From Patescibacteria group bacterium (lineage in GTDB: Bacteria > Patescibacteriota > UBA1384 > XYA2-FULL-43-10 > 1-14-0-10-43-13): a stretch of 64,000 bases of DNA. The first letter of the stretch is position 1. Every line of letters starts with the position of its first letter. Under the pieces are notes generated by a model. It had not been told where the DNA came from. It worked only from the letters and a program-made list of their open reading frames with translations, and made no database searches. Below are positions 20,566 to 29,531 of the stretch, one piece after another. A program made the translations under genes and the position numbers. The DNA lies in the NCBI GenBank assembly GCA_041649155.1, contig JBAZNP010000001.1:558869-622868 (forward strand), written 5' to 3'.

Positions 20566-20603
20566 ATCTTAGGTTTACATACGGCCGTTGCAAAATCTAA
20601 GAT
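20566..20603. repeat. 38-bp repeat copy A: ATCTTAG-GTTTACATACGGCCGTTGCAAAAT-CTAAGAT
   Basis: 7-bp inverted arms around a 24-nt core. Identical copy at 21188-21225. Near-identical copy at 52548-52585, with 6 substitutions in the first 10 nt of the core. Confidence 0.8.
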
Positions 20604-20621
20604 AGGCACTAGAATATAAAT

Positions 20622-21194
20622 ATGGTTAGATATTCAAAAAAATATGGAGATATGCTTGAAAATCCATTTACTTGGGGGCTGGAAATTGCATTGGGATATC
20701 TTTTAAAATTGGGAAAAAATTATGTCTATAAAGCACGTGACAGCAAAGCGCTATATGAAGAGTTAAACAACGCTAGCGATCATCAGCTTTCGCCTCGCCA
20801 AGTTTCAAATATGATTTATCAGTTGAAAAATAGTAATTATATTGAAATTTGTGACGAAGAAGGGGAAAAATCAATTAAGTTAACCAATAAAGCAAAAATA
20901 AAATTAGTTGAAAAAATAATTGAAGAGGAACCCAAAGATAACAAATATCGTTTTGTCTCTTTTGATATCCCTGAACGATTACATCATAGGCGTGATAAGT
21001 TTCGTCGAACAATAAAAAGGATGGGATTTCGTCAAATCCAACAGAGTTTATGGGTTACGGATAAAAATATAGGGGAAATGGTCGATATTGCAGCCCAGGA
21101 ATTTGAAGTTGAAGAGTATGTCGCCTACATTGTTTCTGAAAAATCAAACATTGATCTGCACATTAAGAAAACATTGCATGTGGAGCTATCTTAG
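20622..21194 (+). CDS. PaaX-like regulator: N-terminal winged-helix plus C-terminal Cas2-fold domain
   Basis: C-terminal YRFVSFDIPERLHHRRDKFRRTIKRMGFRQIQQSLWV matches the YDI...R+K..K.L...G.R.Q.SV(F/W) Cas2/PaaX_C signature. N-terminal region is wHTH-like. Flanked by 38-bp repeat copies A and B; the stop codon TAG lies inside copy B. Confidence 0.6.
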   Translation: MVRYSKKYGDMLENPFTWGLEIALGYLLKLGKNYVYKARDSKALYEELNNASDHQLSPRQVSNMIYQLKNSNYIEICDEEGEKSIKLTNKAKIKLVEKIIEEEPKDNKYRFVSFDIPERLHHRRDKFRRTIKRMGFRQIQQSLWVTDKNIGEMVDIAAQEFEVEEYVAYIVSEKSNIDLHIKKTLHVELS

Positions 21195-21225
21195 GTTTAC
21201 ATACGGCCGTTGCAAAATCTAAGAT
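21188..21225. repeat. 38-bp repeat copy B
   Basis: Identical to copy A. Overlaps the stop of the PaaX-like gene. Confidence 0.8.
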
Positions 21226-21239
21226 GCATTAAAGATAAT

Positions 21240-21656
21240 ATGGAAAAAAATGATGGTCTAGCTTATACATTTATGGTGGCGGGAGTTGTGTTGCATCAGG
21301 ATGGTAAATACTTGCTTGTTCAGGAAAAAAAGCCTGTATGTTATGGCAAATGGAATTTGCCAGCCGGTAAAGTTGATAAAGGTTATTCAATTGAAGAGAC
21401 AGTGATCAAAGAGGCTAAAGAAGAATCTGGTTTTGATGTTGAGCTCATAAGAAAAATTGGTGTTTATCAGGATAAAGTTGATGAGCCTGTTAAGCATGCT
21501 TTTGAAGCAAAAATTATTGGTGGAGAACTTTCTGTGCCGGAAAATGAAATTTTAGATGCGAAATGGTTTTCTTTTCAAGAAATATTAAATATGAAAAATG
21601 AGCTGAGGGTTGATTGCGTGTGGCAGGCAATTGAAAAAGCAGAGGAATTAAGATAA
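21240..21656 (+). CDS. NUDIX hydrolase
   Basis: Nudix box LPAGKVDKGYSIEETVIKEAKEESGF (GX5EX7REUXEEXGU). Start set at ATG 21240; the tracked 21210 is a TTG inside repeat copy B. Confidence 0.85.
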   Translation: MEKNDGLAYTFMVAGVVLHQDGKYLLVQEKKPVCYGKWNLPAGKVDKGYSIEETVIKEAKEESGFDVELIRKIGVYQDKVDEPVKHAFEAKIIGGELSVPENEILDAKWFSFQEILNMKNELRVDCVWQAIEKAEELR

Positions 21657-21736
21657 TTTTTAAATTTGTTTGGACTATCACTGTGATTTGGGGTCTTGAT
21701 TATTGTTCGGTTTGAACTTTTCACATTGACACTGTA

Positions 21737-22759
21737 TTGTTCATTATCAATATGGAAAAATCTTTTCAAAAAACATCAAATTATAAAAACTGTCAAAATC
21801 TTTTAGATGAATATAGGATTAAAAAAATAAAGCACAGGGGTAAGCTTTTGTCTTTTGATATGGAAATGGGAAAGACTAATTTAGACGTTATTGAAAAAGA
21901 TATTACTGTCTATAATCCGACTAAACCACTTACCAACCATGGAACTAGATATCTACTTGCCAGAGTTGAGCCAAAAAATTCCGAAAAATCAAAAGTTGTA
22001 TTTTTTGAGAGAAAAAATAGAAAATGGCAAGTTTCAGATTATCCAACCTTTGATTTGCAGGATCCTTTCTATATCCAAAATATTCAGGGCTGGCAGATTT
22101 TGGGCGGAGTTAAAATTTATGAACAAGATTCCAAAATATTTGATTACCAAACTGTTTTTTATCGATACAAAAAATGTGCGACAGAACTGATTGATAAAAA
22201 AGGTGTGCTTCTTAAGCCTTTCGCTGTTGGTCCCAGAAAAATGAAAGACATCAGATTAATTGAACTAAAAAACGGAAAAGTCGGTGTATTTACACGTCCT
22301 CAGGGTGGTAAGGCTGGTTTGGGTAAAATTGCTTATGTTGAAATTAATTCTCTTGATGAGTTGGAAAAAGGAATACCGAAAGCTAAAATCATTGAAAACC
22401 AATTTGGCGATAATGAATGGGGTGGAGTTAATGAATTACATTTATTGAATAATGGAAAAATTGGAGTTTTGGGACATATTGCCTGTTATGAGGGCGAGGT
22501 CAAACATTATTATGCGATAACTTTTGTTTTTGATCCGCAAAATCAGACTGCTTCAGATATAGAAATTATCGTTACAGCTGATCAATTCCCTAAAGTTAAA
22601 TCAAAAAAACCAGATCTTGGAAAAATTATTTTTAGCGGTGGATTGGAAAGGCAAAACGACGGAACGGCCGATCTTTATGTTGGGATTGGCGACACAAAAG
22701 CAGGGCAGATCGAAATAACTGATCCGTTCTTAAAATATGAGTACGCTTTAACTAACTAA
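21737..22759 (+). CDS. Hypothetical protein (340 aa), possibly beta-propeller/glycosidase-like fold
   Basis: Long ORF with good coding statistics. No motif I can name with confidence. Confidence 0.55.
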   Translation: MFIINMEKSFQKTSNYKNCQNLLDEYRIKKIKHRGKLLSFDMEMGKTNLDVIEKDITVYNPTKPLTNHGTRYLLARVEPKNSEKSKVVFFERKNRKWQVSDYPTFDLQDPFYIQNIQGWQILGGVKIYEQDSKIFDYQTVFYRYKKCATELIDKKGVLLKPFAVGPRKMKDIRLIELKNGKVGVFTRPQGGKAGLGKIAYVEINSLDELEKGIPKAKIIENQFGDNEWGGVNELHLLNNGKIGVLGHIACYEGEVKHYYAITFVFDPQNQTASDIEIIVTADQFPKVKSKKPDLGKIIFSGGLERQNDGTADLYVGIGDTKAGQIEITDPFLKYEYALTN

Positions 22760-24265
22760 AATATTTCCTTTCATATCACTTGGAGCTGATAGATCCATGA
22801 GGTTTAATATCGTTGGCGCGATATCAATAAGTTTGCCATTTTTTTGTTTTAGCTTTAATTTTTTGTTGCTGACAGCTAAAAAAGGTACGGGATTATTTGT
22901 ATGTTCAGTATCAGAAAGACCATTTATTGGGTTTATCATCTGTTCAGCATTGCCATGATCGGCGGTGATCAGGGCGATGCCGTCATAGCTTAAAATCTTT
23001 TTTATCATTTGTTTCAAACACGTATCAACTGCTTCTACTGCTTTAATTGCGGCTTCCAGATTTCCGGTGTGACCGACCATATCGGAATTAGCATAATTAA
23101 TTACAGAGAAATCAAATTTTTCTATTTCGGAAATAGTTTTTTTTGTAATCTCCGAGGCTGACATTTCCGGCTTCTTGGCATAATTATCAATCTTGATTGA
23201 TGGAATTATTATTCTTTTTTCCTGTTCGGTTTGTTTTTCGTTTCCTCCGTTAAAAAAGTATGTTACGTGAGCATATTTTTCTGTTTCCGCGATATGAAGA
23301 TGTTTTAATTTCTTTTCAGAAAGCGCAGAAGCTAAATATGAATTTATTTTCATACTTTCGAAGGCGATTTTTACTGGTAAATTTTCCTGATAGGATCCAA
23401 AAGTTATAAAATCTAAATTCTTTACAATCTTTTTTCTTTCAAATCCATCAAAATCTTTCTGAACCATTGCATTTGTTAATTGCCTTGCTCTATCACTTCG
23501 ATAATTATAAAAAACAACACAATCATTTTCGGAGATACAGGGTGTGCCGGAAATTTTTATAGGCAGTAAAAATTCGTCTGTGATGCCGTTTGCGTATGAA
23601 TCTAAAATTGCTTTGGAAGCCGATGATGAAGTAGAAACATTGCCGGAAACTATTACATCGTAAGCCTTTTCAATTCTGTCCCAGTTTTTATCCCTATCCA
23701 TAGCATAAAATCTTCCCGATACACTGGCGATTTCCCCGATCTTTAATTCAGAAATTTTATCTTCAATTTGTTTCAGGAATTTTATACTACCGGTATTTGC
23801 AGTGTCTCTGCCATCAGAAATCAGATGAATAAAAACGTTTTTGACCTCTGTTTTTTTAGCCAATTCAAGCAAAGCAAATAAGTGGGAAATGTGGGAATGA
23901 ATACCACCATCACTAGTCAAACCAATAAGATGGATGTTCCTACTATTTTTTTTTGCAGTTTCAAAAGATTTTTTCAGTATTTGATTGGAAAAAAATGAAC
24001 CGTTACTAATTGATTCATTTATTGCAGTGAGTCCTTGACTAACAGGTTGGCCTGATCCTAAATTTAGGTGCCCTACTTCGGAGTTTCCAGGTTCACCAAA
24101 AGGCAGCCCTACTTCTGTGCCGGAGGCGATGAGTTGTGTTGACGGATACTTTTCGTATAATTCGGCCATTGTCGGAGTATCGGCTAAAGCGACTGCGTTT
24201 CCGCCCCATGTTTCGGCTAAACCCCATCCGTCTAAAATAATTAGTGCAACTTTATTTTTTTGTAT
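22748..24265 (-). CDS. gpmI: 2,3-bisphosphoglycerate-independent phosphoglycerate mutase (iPGM), with a non-canonical start
   Basis: SDGGIHSH and GHTGN motifs and a full iPGM-like body. The conserved N-terminus KNKVALIILDGWG is encoded upstream of the tracked ATG (24169) in the same frame. There is no in-frame ATG/GTG/TTG. The only candidates are ATA (24263-24265) or ATT after AAGGGAGGG. Confidence 0.8.
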   Translation of the reverse strand: MQKNKVALIILDGWGLAETWGGNAVALADTPTMAELYEKYPSTQLIASGTEVGLPFGEPGNSEVGHLNLGSGQPVSQGLTAINESISNGSFFSNQILKKSFETAKKNSRNIHLIGLTSDGGIHSHISHLFALLELAKKTEVKNVFIHLISDGRDTANTGSIKFLKQIEDKISELKIGEIASVSGRFYAMDRDKNWDRIEKAYDVIVSGNVSTSSSASKAILDSYANGITDEFLLPIKISGTPCISENDCVVFYNYRSDRARQLTNAMVQKDFDGFERKKIVKNLDFITFGSYQENLPVKIAFESMKINSYLASALSEKKLKHLHIAETEKYAHVTYFFNGGNEKQTEQEKRIIIPSIKIDNYAKKPEMSASEITKKTISEIEKFDFSVINYANSDMVGHTGNLEAAIKAVEAVDTCLKQMIKKILSYDGIALITADHGNAEQMINPINGLSDTEHTNNPVPFLAVSNKKLKLKQKNGKLIDIAPTILNLMDLSAPSDMKGNILVS

Positions 24266-24436
24266 ATACCCTCCCTTTTAATTTATATAATAATGAAATT
24301 GTCACATGTTTGCAATAAATTGTTTGTTGCCAGCTTCATCCCTTATAACGATAATCAAAAGTTTGGTTCGCAAAACTTTTGACAATAATAAGTGACGGTT
24401 GTACACTAAACAAGAGATACTAAAATTGGAGGGAAT

Positions 24437-26038
24437 ATGGAAAAAAATAAAGTTAGTAAGCTTTTACTTTGGCTGCTTGTTTTTGTGCTGGTTTTAGCAG
24501 GTGCTCTCTTGGCTGTGATCAAATTTAATCTACTAGGTTTTAATTCATCGACAAAAACCGTTAAAGATGAAAAGGTTGCGCTAGACAATATCAGCATAGG
24601 AACAATAAAGGCACCGAAGAATATTTATCCCATGTGTGCTAACGAAGGCTCTGAAATTGCTTTTAATAGTGCTATCTTTGAGACGTTAGCAACTTTCAAT
24701 CGGGACAATATTATTGTTCCGGTGCTTGCCACTAAATGGGATAATCCTGACAATAAGACTTGGAGATTCTATCTTTCATCTGAAGCTAAATTTAGTAATG
24801 GAGATCCAGTAACAGCAGATGATGTTAAATTCACTTTTGATACAATAAGAGCTGATGAGACATCTCAAATGAGCACTGTTCTTCCTACTGCAGAGGTTAA
24901 AGTTATTGATAGCGGTACAGTAGAATTCATAACTCAAAATCCAGATCCTGTGCTTTTAAATAAACTGGCCGGATCTTTCTTTGTTATGTCAAAAAAAGAC
25001 ATAGAAGAGAATGGATTTAATAACAAAAATATCGGTAGCGGGCCATATATTGTTTCGGAGTTTGCGGATGGATATACAAAAATGACTGTTAACGATAGCT
25101 ATTGGGGTGATAAGCCAAAAGTTAAGAATGTGACTTATAAGTCGATTGAATCAGGCAAGGAAGTTGATGCCTTAATTAACGGCGACATAGATCTTATTTT
25201 TTATCTTACTCCCGAGAATAAAGCTGATATTAGACTGACAGAAGCAATACAAAATAACAAAGTTTATTTAGCTGAAACAACTTCCGATAATGTTAATTAT
25301 TTTGATATTGATTCTTTGAGAGATAAAACGCCTTATATTAATTTAGATTCTAATCCGCTTAAAGACAAAAGAGTTAGAGAGGCGATAACTTTGTCGCTAG
25401 ATATGGACGATTTTATCACAGACGTTCCTGATACTGTTATTGCAAATCAAATGGTTACTCGAGGTGTATTTGGATATAATCCAAGCATTACCAAAACTCA
25501 TCGCGATGTAACAAAAGCTAAGGAACTCATGAAGGAAGCGGGCTATGAAAATGGTTTTACGCTAACTGTTGACATAATTGAATCTTCAACAGCCGTTGAT
25601 CTAATTAATAGATTTTCAAGTTATCTTACCGGTATAAATGTAAAATTAGTGCCGAACAGTCTCTCCCAAGATGATTTTTTTGGAAAAGTTGTTAGTAAGG
25701 ATACCTCGGCATTTTTTGTGGGATTTTCCACAACATCTAAAGATGCCAGCGAAGTTCTAGAGGGCATGATTCACACTCCCAGTGATGTCTATGGCCAGTA
25801 TAATTTAGGATATAGCAATGCCACTTTAGACAAAATGATTGAGGAAGCCTCTATCACATTAAATCAACAAACCAGACAACAGGAATTGCAAGAAGCAATG
25901 AAAATAGCAATGGAGGATTACGCTAAAATACCTCTTTTCTCATATAGTTTTGAGTCTGCCGTTTCGTCAAAAATTTATTGGCAACCTAGGGTGGATGCGC
26001 TTTTAATTGCTACCGAACTAGCTGGGAAAGTGCAATAA
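24437..26038 (+). CDS. ABC transporter substrate-binding protein, family 5 (oligopeptide/nickel type), membrane-anchored
   Basis: N-terminal TM anchor. Overall SBP_bac_5-like architecture (533 aa), with the typical WGDKPKVKNVTYK and DIDLIFYLTPEN segments. Confidence 0.8.
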   Translation: MEKNKVSKLLLWLLVFVLVLAGALLAVIKFNLLGFNSSTKTVKDEKVALDNISIGTIKAPKNIYPMCANEGSEIAFNSAIFETLATFNRDNIIVPVLATKWDNPDNKTWRFYLSSEAKFSNGDPVTADDVKFTFDTIRADETSQMSTVLPTAEVKVIDSGTVEFITQNPDPVLLNKLAGSFFVMSKKDIEENGFNNKNIGSGPYIVSEFADGYTKMTVNDSYWGDKPKVKNVTYKSIESGKEVDALINGDIDLIFYLTPENKADIRLTEAIQNNKVYLAETTSDNVNYFDIDSLRDKTPYINLDSNPLKDKRVREAITLSLDMDDFITDVPDTVIANQMVTRGVFGYNPSITKTHRDVTKAKELMKEAGYENGFTLTVDIIESSTAVDLINRFSSYLTGINVKLVPNSLSQDDFFGKVVSKDTSAFFVGFSTTSKDASEVLEGMIHTPSDVYGQYNLGYSNATLDKMIEEASITLNQQTRQQELQEAMKIAMEDYAKIPLFSYSFESAVSSKIYWQPRVDALLIATELAGKVQ

Positions 26039-26083
26039 CAAATTTGGCTCGGACCTAATGTTCATGCTAAATATTAAAATAAA

Positions 26084-26971
26084 GTGTTCAAATTAAATAG
26101 TCTGAAAAAGAAGTTTATCCTTTTGATTACTGCTATTATGCTGGTTATTTTTTCTGTGTCCGGCTATATAGTGTGCCAGGACAGCATAAAAAAAACCAGA
26201 AGGAACTTAACCCAGCAGGCAACTGCCTTCGCTAAACTATCAACAAAGCCTCTGGCTGAGGCCTATGAATTATACTTTGATTCTGGATATTATAAATTCA
26301 GGGAAATTTTTAGGGAAAACAAGGACCTGGATTCAAGCATTAAAAAAATTCAAATTATTAATGTTAATGGAAAAGTTATACTTGATTCAGGCAAGATAGG
26401 TGATAGCAGCTATTTGGGCGGAGATACTGAAACAGTAGATAAATCAACATTAGACAAAGTTACAAGTGCAGATCCGACTTATGAGCATAATCAGAATAAT
26501 GCATCCGAATTAACCGAAATTTTTTATCCATATTTTTCAGATTGGGGTAGTCATCCTTATACTGTAAGATATTTTGTTTCATATGATCAGATTAGATCGA
26601 ATATAATAACAATTATTGAGCAAACCGTTCTTTTGTTTATAGTTTCTTTCTTTATTGTTGTTTTCGCCATTACCAGTTCTGTTAATCGTTTTATTTTGTC
26701 TCCAATTAAAAAGGTTAGTGAGTTGGCGCAGAGGATCAGTCGGGGAAAATACGGAGAGAGAATAAAAATAAAGACAAATGACGAGATAGAAGATTTGGCC
26801 GGTTCTACTAACAAAATGGCTAGAAAATTGGAACAGGATATTATAGATTTAAGGGAATTAGATAAATTAAAAGATGAATTTATCGATGTGGCCGCTCATA
26901 ATTTTAAGGCTCCCTTAAATCATTTGAAATTTGATATAGCCTATCTTATCCAGCATGTTGAAAAAAAGTGA
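26084..26971 (+). CDS. Sensor histidine kinase, N-terminal part (2 TM + HAMP + DHp H-box), ending in a frameshift
   Basis: Two TM helices and a HAMP-like segment. H-box AAHNFKAPL. The ORF ends at HVEKK* inside an A7 homopolymer. Confidence 0.7.
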   Translation: MFKLNSLKKKFILLITAIMLVIFSVSGYIVCQDSIKKTRRNLTQQATAFAKLSTKPLAEAYELYFDSGYYKFREIFRENKDLDSSIKKIQIINVNGKVILDSGKIGDSSYLGGDTETVDKSTLDKVTSADPTYEHNQNNASELTEIFYPYFSDWGSHPYTVRYFVSYDQIRSNIITIIEQTVLLFIVSFFIVVFAITSSVNRFILSPIKKVSELAQRISRGKYGERIKIKTNDEIEDLAGSTNKMARKLEQDIIDLRELDKLKDEFIDVAAHNFKAPLNHLKFDIAYLIQHVEKK

Positions 26972-27546
26972 GCGAAAAAGAGTTTGAACTATTGCAGGAC
27001 ATAAATATTAGCGGAAAAAAACTGCAGCTTTTAAGTGAAGATCTTATCGGCATACAAGCTCTCCAGAACAAAGAGACCGGCAATGTTTTTGTCCCTGTGG
27101 ATTTATCGCAACTGTTAGCAGATGCATTAAATGAATTAAAACACTCTGCTGATGTTAAAAATGTTAAATTTAAGTTTCAGCTAGACAGGAAGATGATTGT
27201 TCTTGGAGAGTATCAAAAACTTAAGCAATTATTTTTAAATTTGATAGACAATGCTATACAATATTCAGATAAAAAGGAGAGCACGGTCTCAGTGCGGATT
27301 AAGGAAAGCGACAATTCCTACATTGTCGAAATTGAAGATCAGGGAGTCGGAATGTTGCCTGAAGAAATTAAAAAGTTATTTCAAAAATTTTACCGTGCTC
27401 CCAGCTCCGAGATTTATAATAAAGAAGGTGCTGGTCTTGGACTCTATCTGGCAAAGCTGATTGTAAATGTTCATCATGGAAATATTTGGGTCGAGAGTGA
27501 AAAGGATAAGGGTAGTTGTTTTCACGTGTCTTTTCTTAAAAAATGA
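26968..27546 (+). CDS. Histidine kinase, C-terminal part (rest of DHp + HATPase_c)
   Basis: N box LIDNAIQYS. G1 EDQGVGM. G2 GAGLGLYLAKLIVNVHHG. Starts at GTG overlapping the upstream stop (GTGA). The frame is restored by +1 nt in the A7 run. Confidence 0.7.
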   Translation: MSEKEFELLQDINISGKKLQLLSEDLIGIQALQNKETGNVFVPVDLSQLLADALNELKHSADVKNVKFKFQLDRKMIVLGEYQKLKQLFLNLIDNAIQYSDKKESTVSVRIKESDNSYIVEIEDQGVGMLPEEIKKLFQKFYRAPSSEIYNKEGAGLGLYLAKLIVNVHHGNIWVESEKDKGSCFHVSFLKK

Positions 27547-27560
27547 TTATGTTTAACAAA

Positions 27561-27592
27561 AAAGTTCACTTAATTTATTAAGTGAACTTTTT
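27561..27592. terminator. Bidirectional hairpin terminator (AAAGTTCACTTAATTTATTAAGTGAACTTTTT)
   Basis: 12-bp stem with a flanking T/A run. Sits between the HK gene (+) and tRNA-Ile (-). Confidence 0.6.
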
Positions 27593-27593
27593 A

Positions 27594-27670
27594 TGGTGGG
27601 CGTACATGGACTCGAACCATGGACCTCGTCATTATCAGTGACGCGCTCTAACCAGCTGAGCTATACGCCC
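27594..27670 (-). tRNA. tRNA-Ile (anticodon GAU), CCA encoded
   Basis: Manual fold of the reverse complement: GGGCGTA acceptor stem, GCTCAGCTGGTTAGAGC D-arm, anticodon loop CTGATAA, T-arm CATGG-TTCGAGT-CCATG, 3' CCA. Confidence 0.85.
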
Positions 27671-27760
27671 AATTCTTTATTGATAATATCAAATTTTGAT
27701 CTATTTTTCAATAATGCAAATTATTTTAGCTTTTTTAAAAAATTGTGTTAATATATTCTT

Positions 27761-28699
27761 ATGGAAAACGAGAAAAAAATAAGAGTCGGTATAATATACG
27801 GAGGGGCATCTTTTGAACATGAAGTTTCAAGGATGACCGCCAAATCAATTCTTATAAATATTGATAAAAATATTTTTGATATTACCGAGATTTACATAGA
27901 TAAAAATGGCAATCTGGACGAAAGTTTACTCAAAGATATTGACATAGCATTCTTGGCTGTTCATGGACCAAACTGTGAGGATGGAAAATTGCAGAAATAT
28001 CTTGAAGACAAGGGAGTAAAATATACTGGTTCCGGCGTAGAGGCGAGCGATCTTAATATGGATAAAATCAGGATGCACGACGCATTCAAAGTAGCTGGAC
28101 TAAGAGTAGTTGAGTATTTTAGTGCTGATAAAAACTCAAATGTTTCGCAGATTGGCGATAGTGTCAGTAACTCCTTCGGTTATCCATGCTTTGTCAAAGC
28201 AAATAATGCTGGCTCTTCTGTCGGCGTTTCAAAAGTAGATAATGTCGCTGGCTTGGAAGAAGCATTGGAAGAAGCATTTAAATGTGATGATGAAGTAATC
28301 ATTGAAGCTGCGATACAAAATCCCAGAGAAATTGAAATAGCAGTGCTTGGCAATAGTGATTTGCTATTGTCTGATCCAGGAGAAGTCGATTCAAGCGGAG
28401 AATTTTATTCATACGATGCTAAATATTTCCACCCGTTTGAAACAAAAGTAAGGGCTGTGTTAACAGGTAAACAAGTCGAAGAAATCAAGACTATGGCTAA
28501 AAAGGCATATGAAACAACCGGCTGTCGTGGGTATTCAAGAATTGATTTTCTAATGGATCGGGATAATAACATTTATATAAACGAAATAAATACTCTACCA
28601 GGGTTTACTAAAATCAGTATGTTCCCTAGGATGATGGAAACATCTGGCATTTCATATAAAAATCTTATAACCAAAATAATTCATTTAGCTTTAGAATAG
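27761..28699 (+). CDS. ddl: D-alanine--D-alanine ligase
   Basis: ATP-grasp motifs: GYPCFVKANNAGSSVGVSKV, EINTLPGFTKISMFPRM. 312 aa. Confidence 0.9.
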   Translation: MENEKKIRVGIIYGGASFEHEVSRMTAKSILINIDKNIFDITEIYIDKNGNLDESLLKDIDIAFLAVHGPNCEDGKLQKYLEDKGVKYTGSGVEASDLNMDKIRMHDAFKVAGLRVVEYFSADKNSNVSQIGDSVSNSFGYPCFVKANNAGSSVGVSKVDNVAGLEEALEEAFKCDDEVIIEAAIQNPREIEIAVLGNSDLLLSDPGEVDSSGEFYSYDAKYFHPFETKVRAVLTGKQVEEIKTMAKKAYETTGCRGYSRIDFLMDRDNNIYINEINTLPGFTKISMFPRMMETSGISYKNLITKIIHLALE

Positions 28700-28901
28700 T
28701 TTGGCTATTTTTTAATTTTAAAAAAATATCTAAAATAAACCGTCTTATTTTGCATAATACTCTATGCTTAATTTTAACTTTGCTTAATATGGCCTTAATG
28801 TGTTGATGCTACAATACAAACTATGTTACCATGCGTTGAGTCTCAGCGACGCTCGTTCGTAGTTGCGGCTGGACAGAAGTAACATAGGAGGTGAAGCACG
28901 A

Positions 28902-29402
28902 ATGCTTGTGCTTACAAGAGGGATGGGTCAGACTATCGTTATCAACGATAATATCGAAGTGACGGTTATTGAAATTAGGAGCGAACAAGTACATCTGAGC
29001 ATAGAAGCTCCTTGCTCAATTCCCATATATCGCAAGGAACCGCTCGATCAGATTGAAACGGAAAATTCGGACGATCCTGATGCCATGATAGTGCCTGAAA
29101 AGCAAACATCCATGTTCATAATGGGAGTGGGTCAGGCTATTGTCATTGGCGATAATATCAAAATAATGGTTGTCGAAATCAATGGTGGGCAGGTACGTTT
29201 GGGCACAGAAGCTCATAGGTCAATTCTCGTGTATCGCAAAGAACTGCTTGAGCAGATAAATGCGCATGCATCGGCCAGACCTGATGTCGCAACGGTAGCT
29301 AAAGTAAAAACGCCTGTGCTTGCAAAGGTGCATCTGGGCAGGTTGGTTTCCGTACGTTGCAAAGAACTGCTTGTGCGATTAATACGGAAACTGCATCTTT
29401 AG
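28902..29402 (+). CDS. csrA: Tandem (two-domain) CsrA-like RNA-binding protein
   Basis: Domain 1 MLVLTRGMGQTIVINDNIEVTVIEIRSEQVHLSIEAPCSIPIYRKEPLDQI. Domain 2 MFIMGVGQAIVIGDNIKIMVVEINGGQVRLGTEAHRSILVYRKELLEQI. Both align to the CsrA consensus (MLxLTRR.GE...IGD.I.v.V......V.iGi.AP..v.v.R.Ei). AGGAGG RBS before ATG 28902. Confidence 0.75.
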   Translation: MLVLTRGMGQTIVINDNIEVTVIEIRSEQVHLSIEAPCSIPIYRKEPLDQIETENSDDPDAMIVPEKQTSMFIMGVGQAIVIGDNIKIMVVEINGGQVRLGTEAHRSILVYRKELLEQINAHASARPDVATVAKVKTPVLAKVHLGRLVSVRCKELLVRLIRKLHL

Positions 29403-29531
29403 AGTCTGATTCCAATGTTAAGAGCAACATCTGAAGCGATTAATGGTTTGCACGGTCGCTTAATCGGTTCTAGTCGAAGGCCGGGAGCTTGTCTCTCGGC
29501 CTATTCTTTTTATATAATAGATATATTAAAT

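Noticed and set aside
20298-20600. 100-aa highly basic ORF (MMIMRKLRRQNMGERRG...)
   Set aside because: Arg/His-rich with no motif. It runs through an intrinsic terminator hairpin and into a repeat copy. More likely a structured or ncRNA region. It is kept as a finding rather than a CDS.
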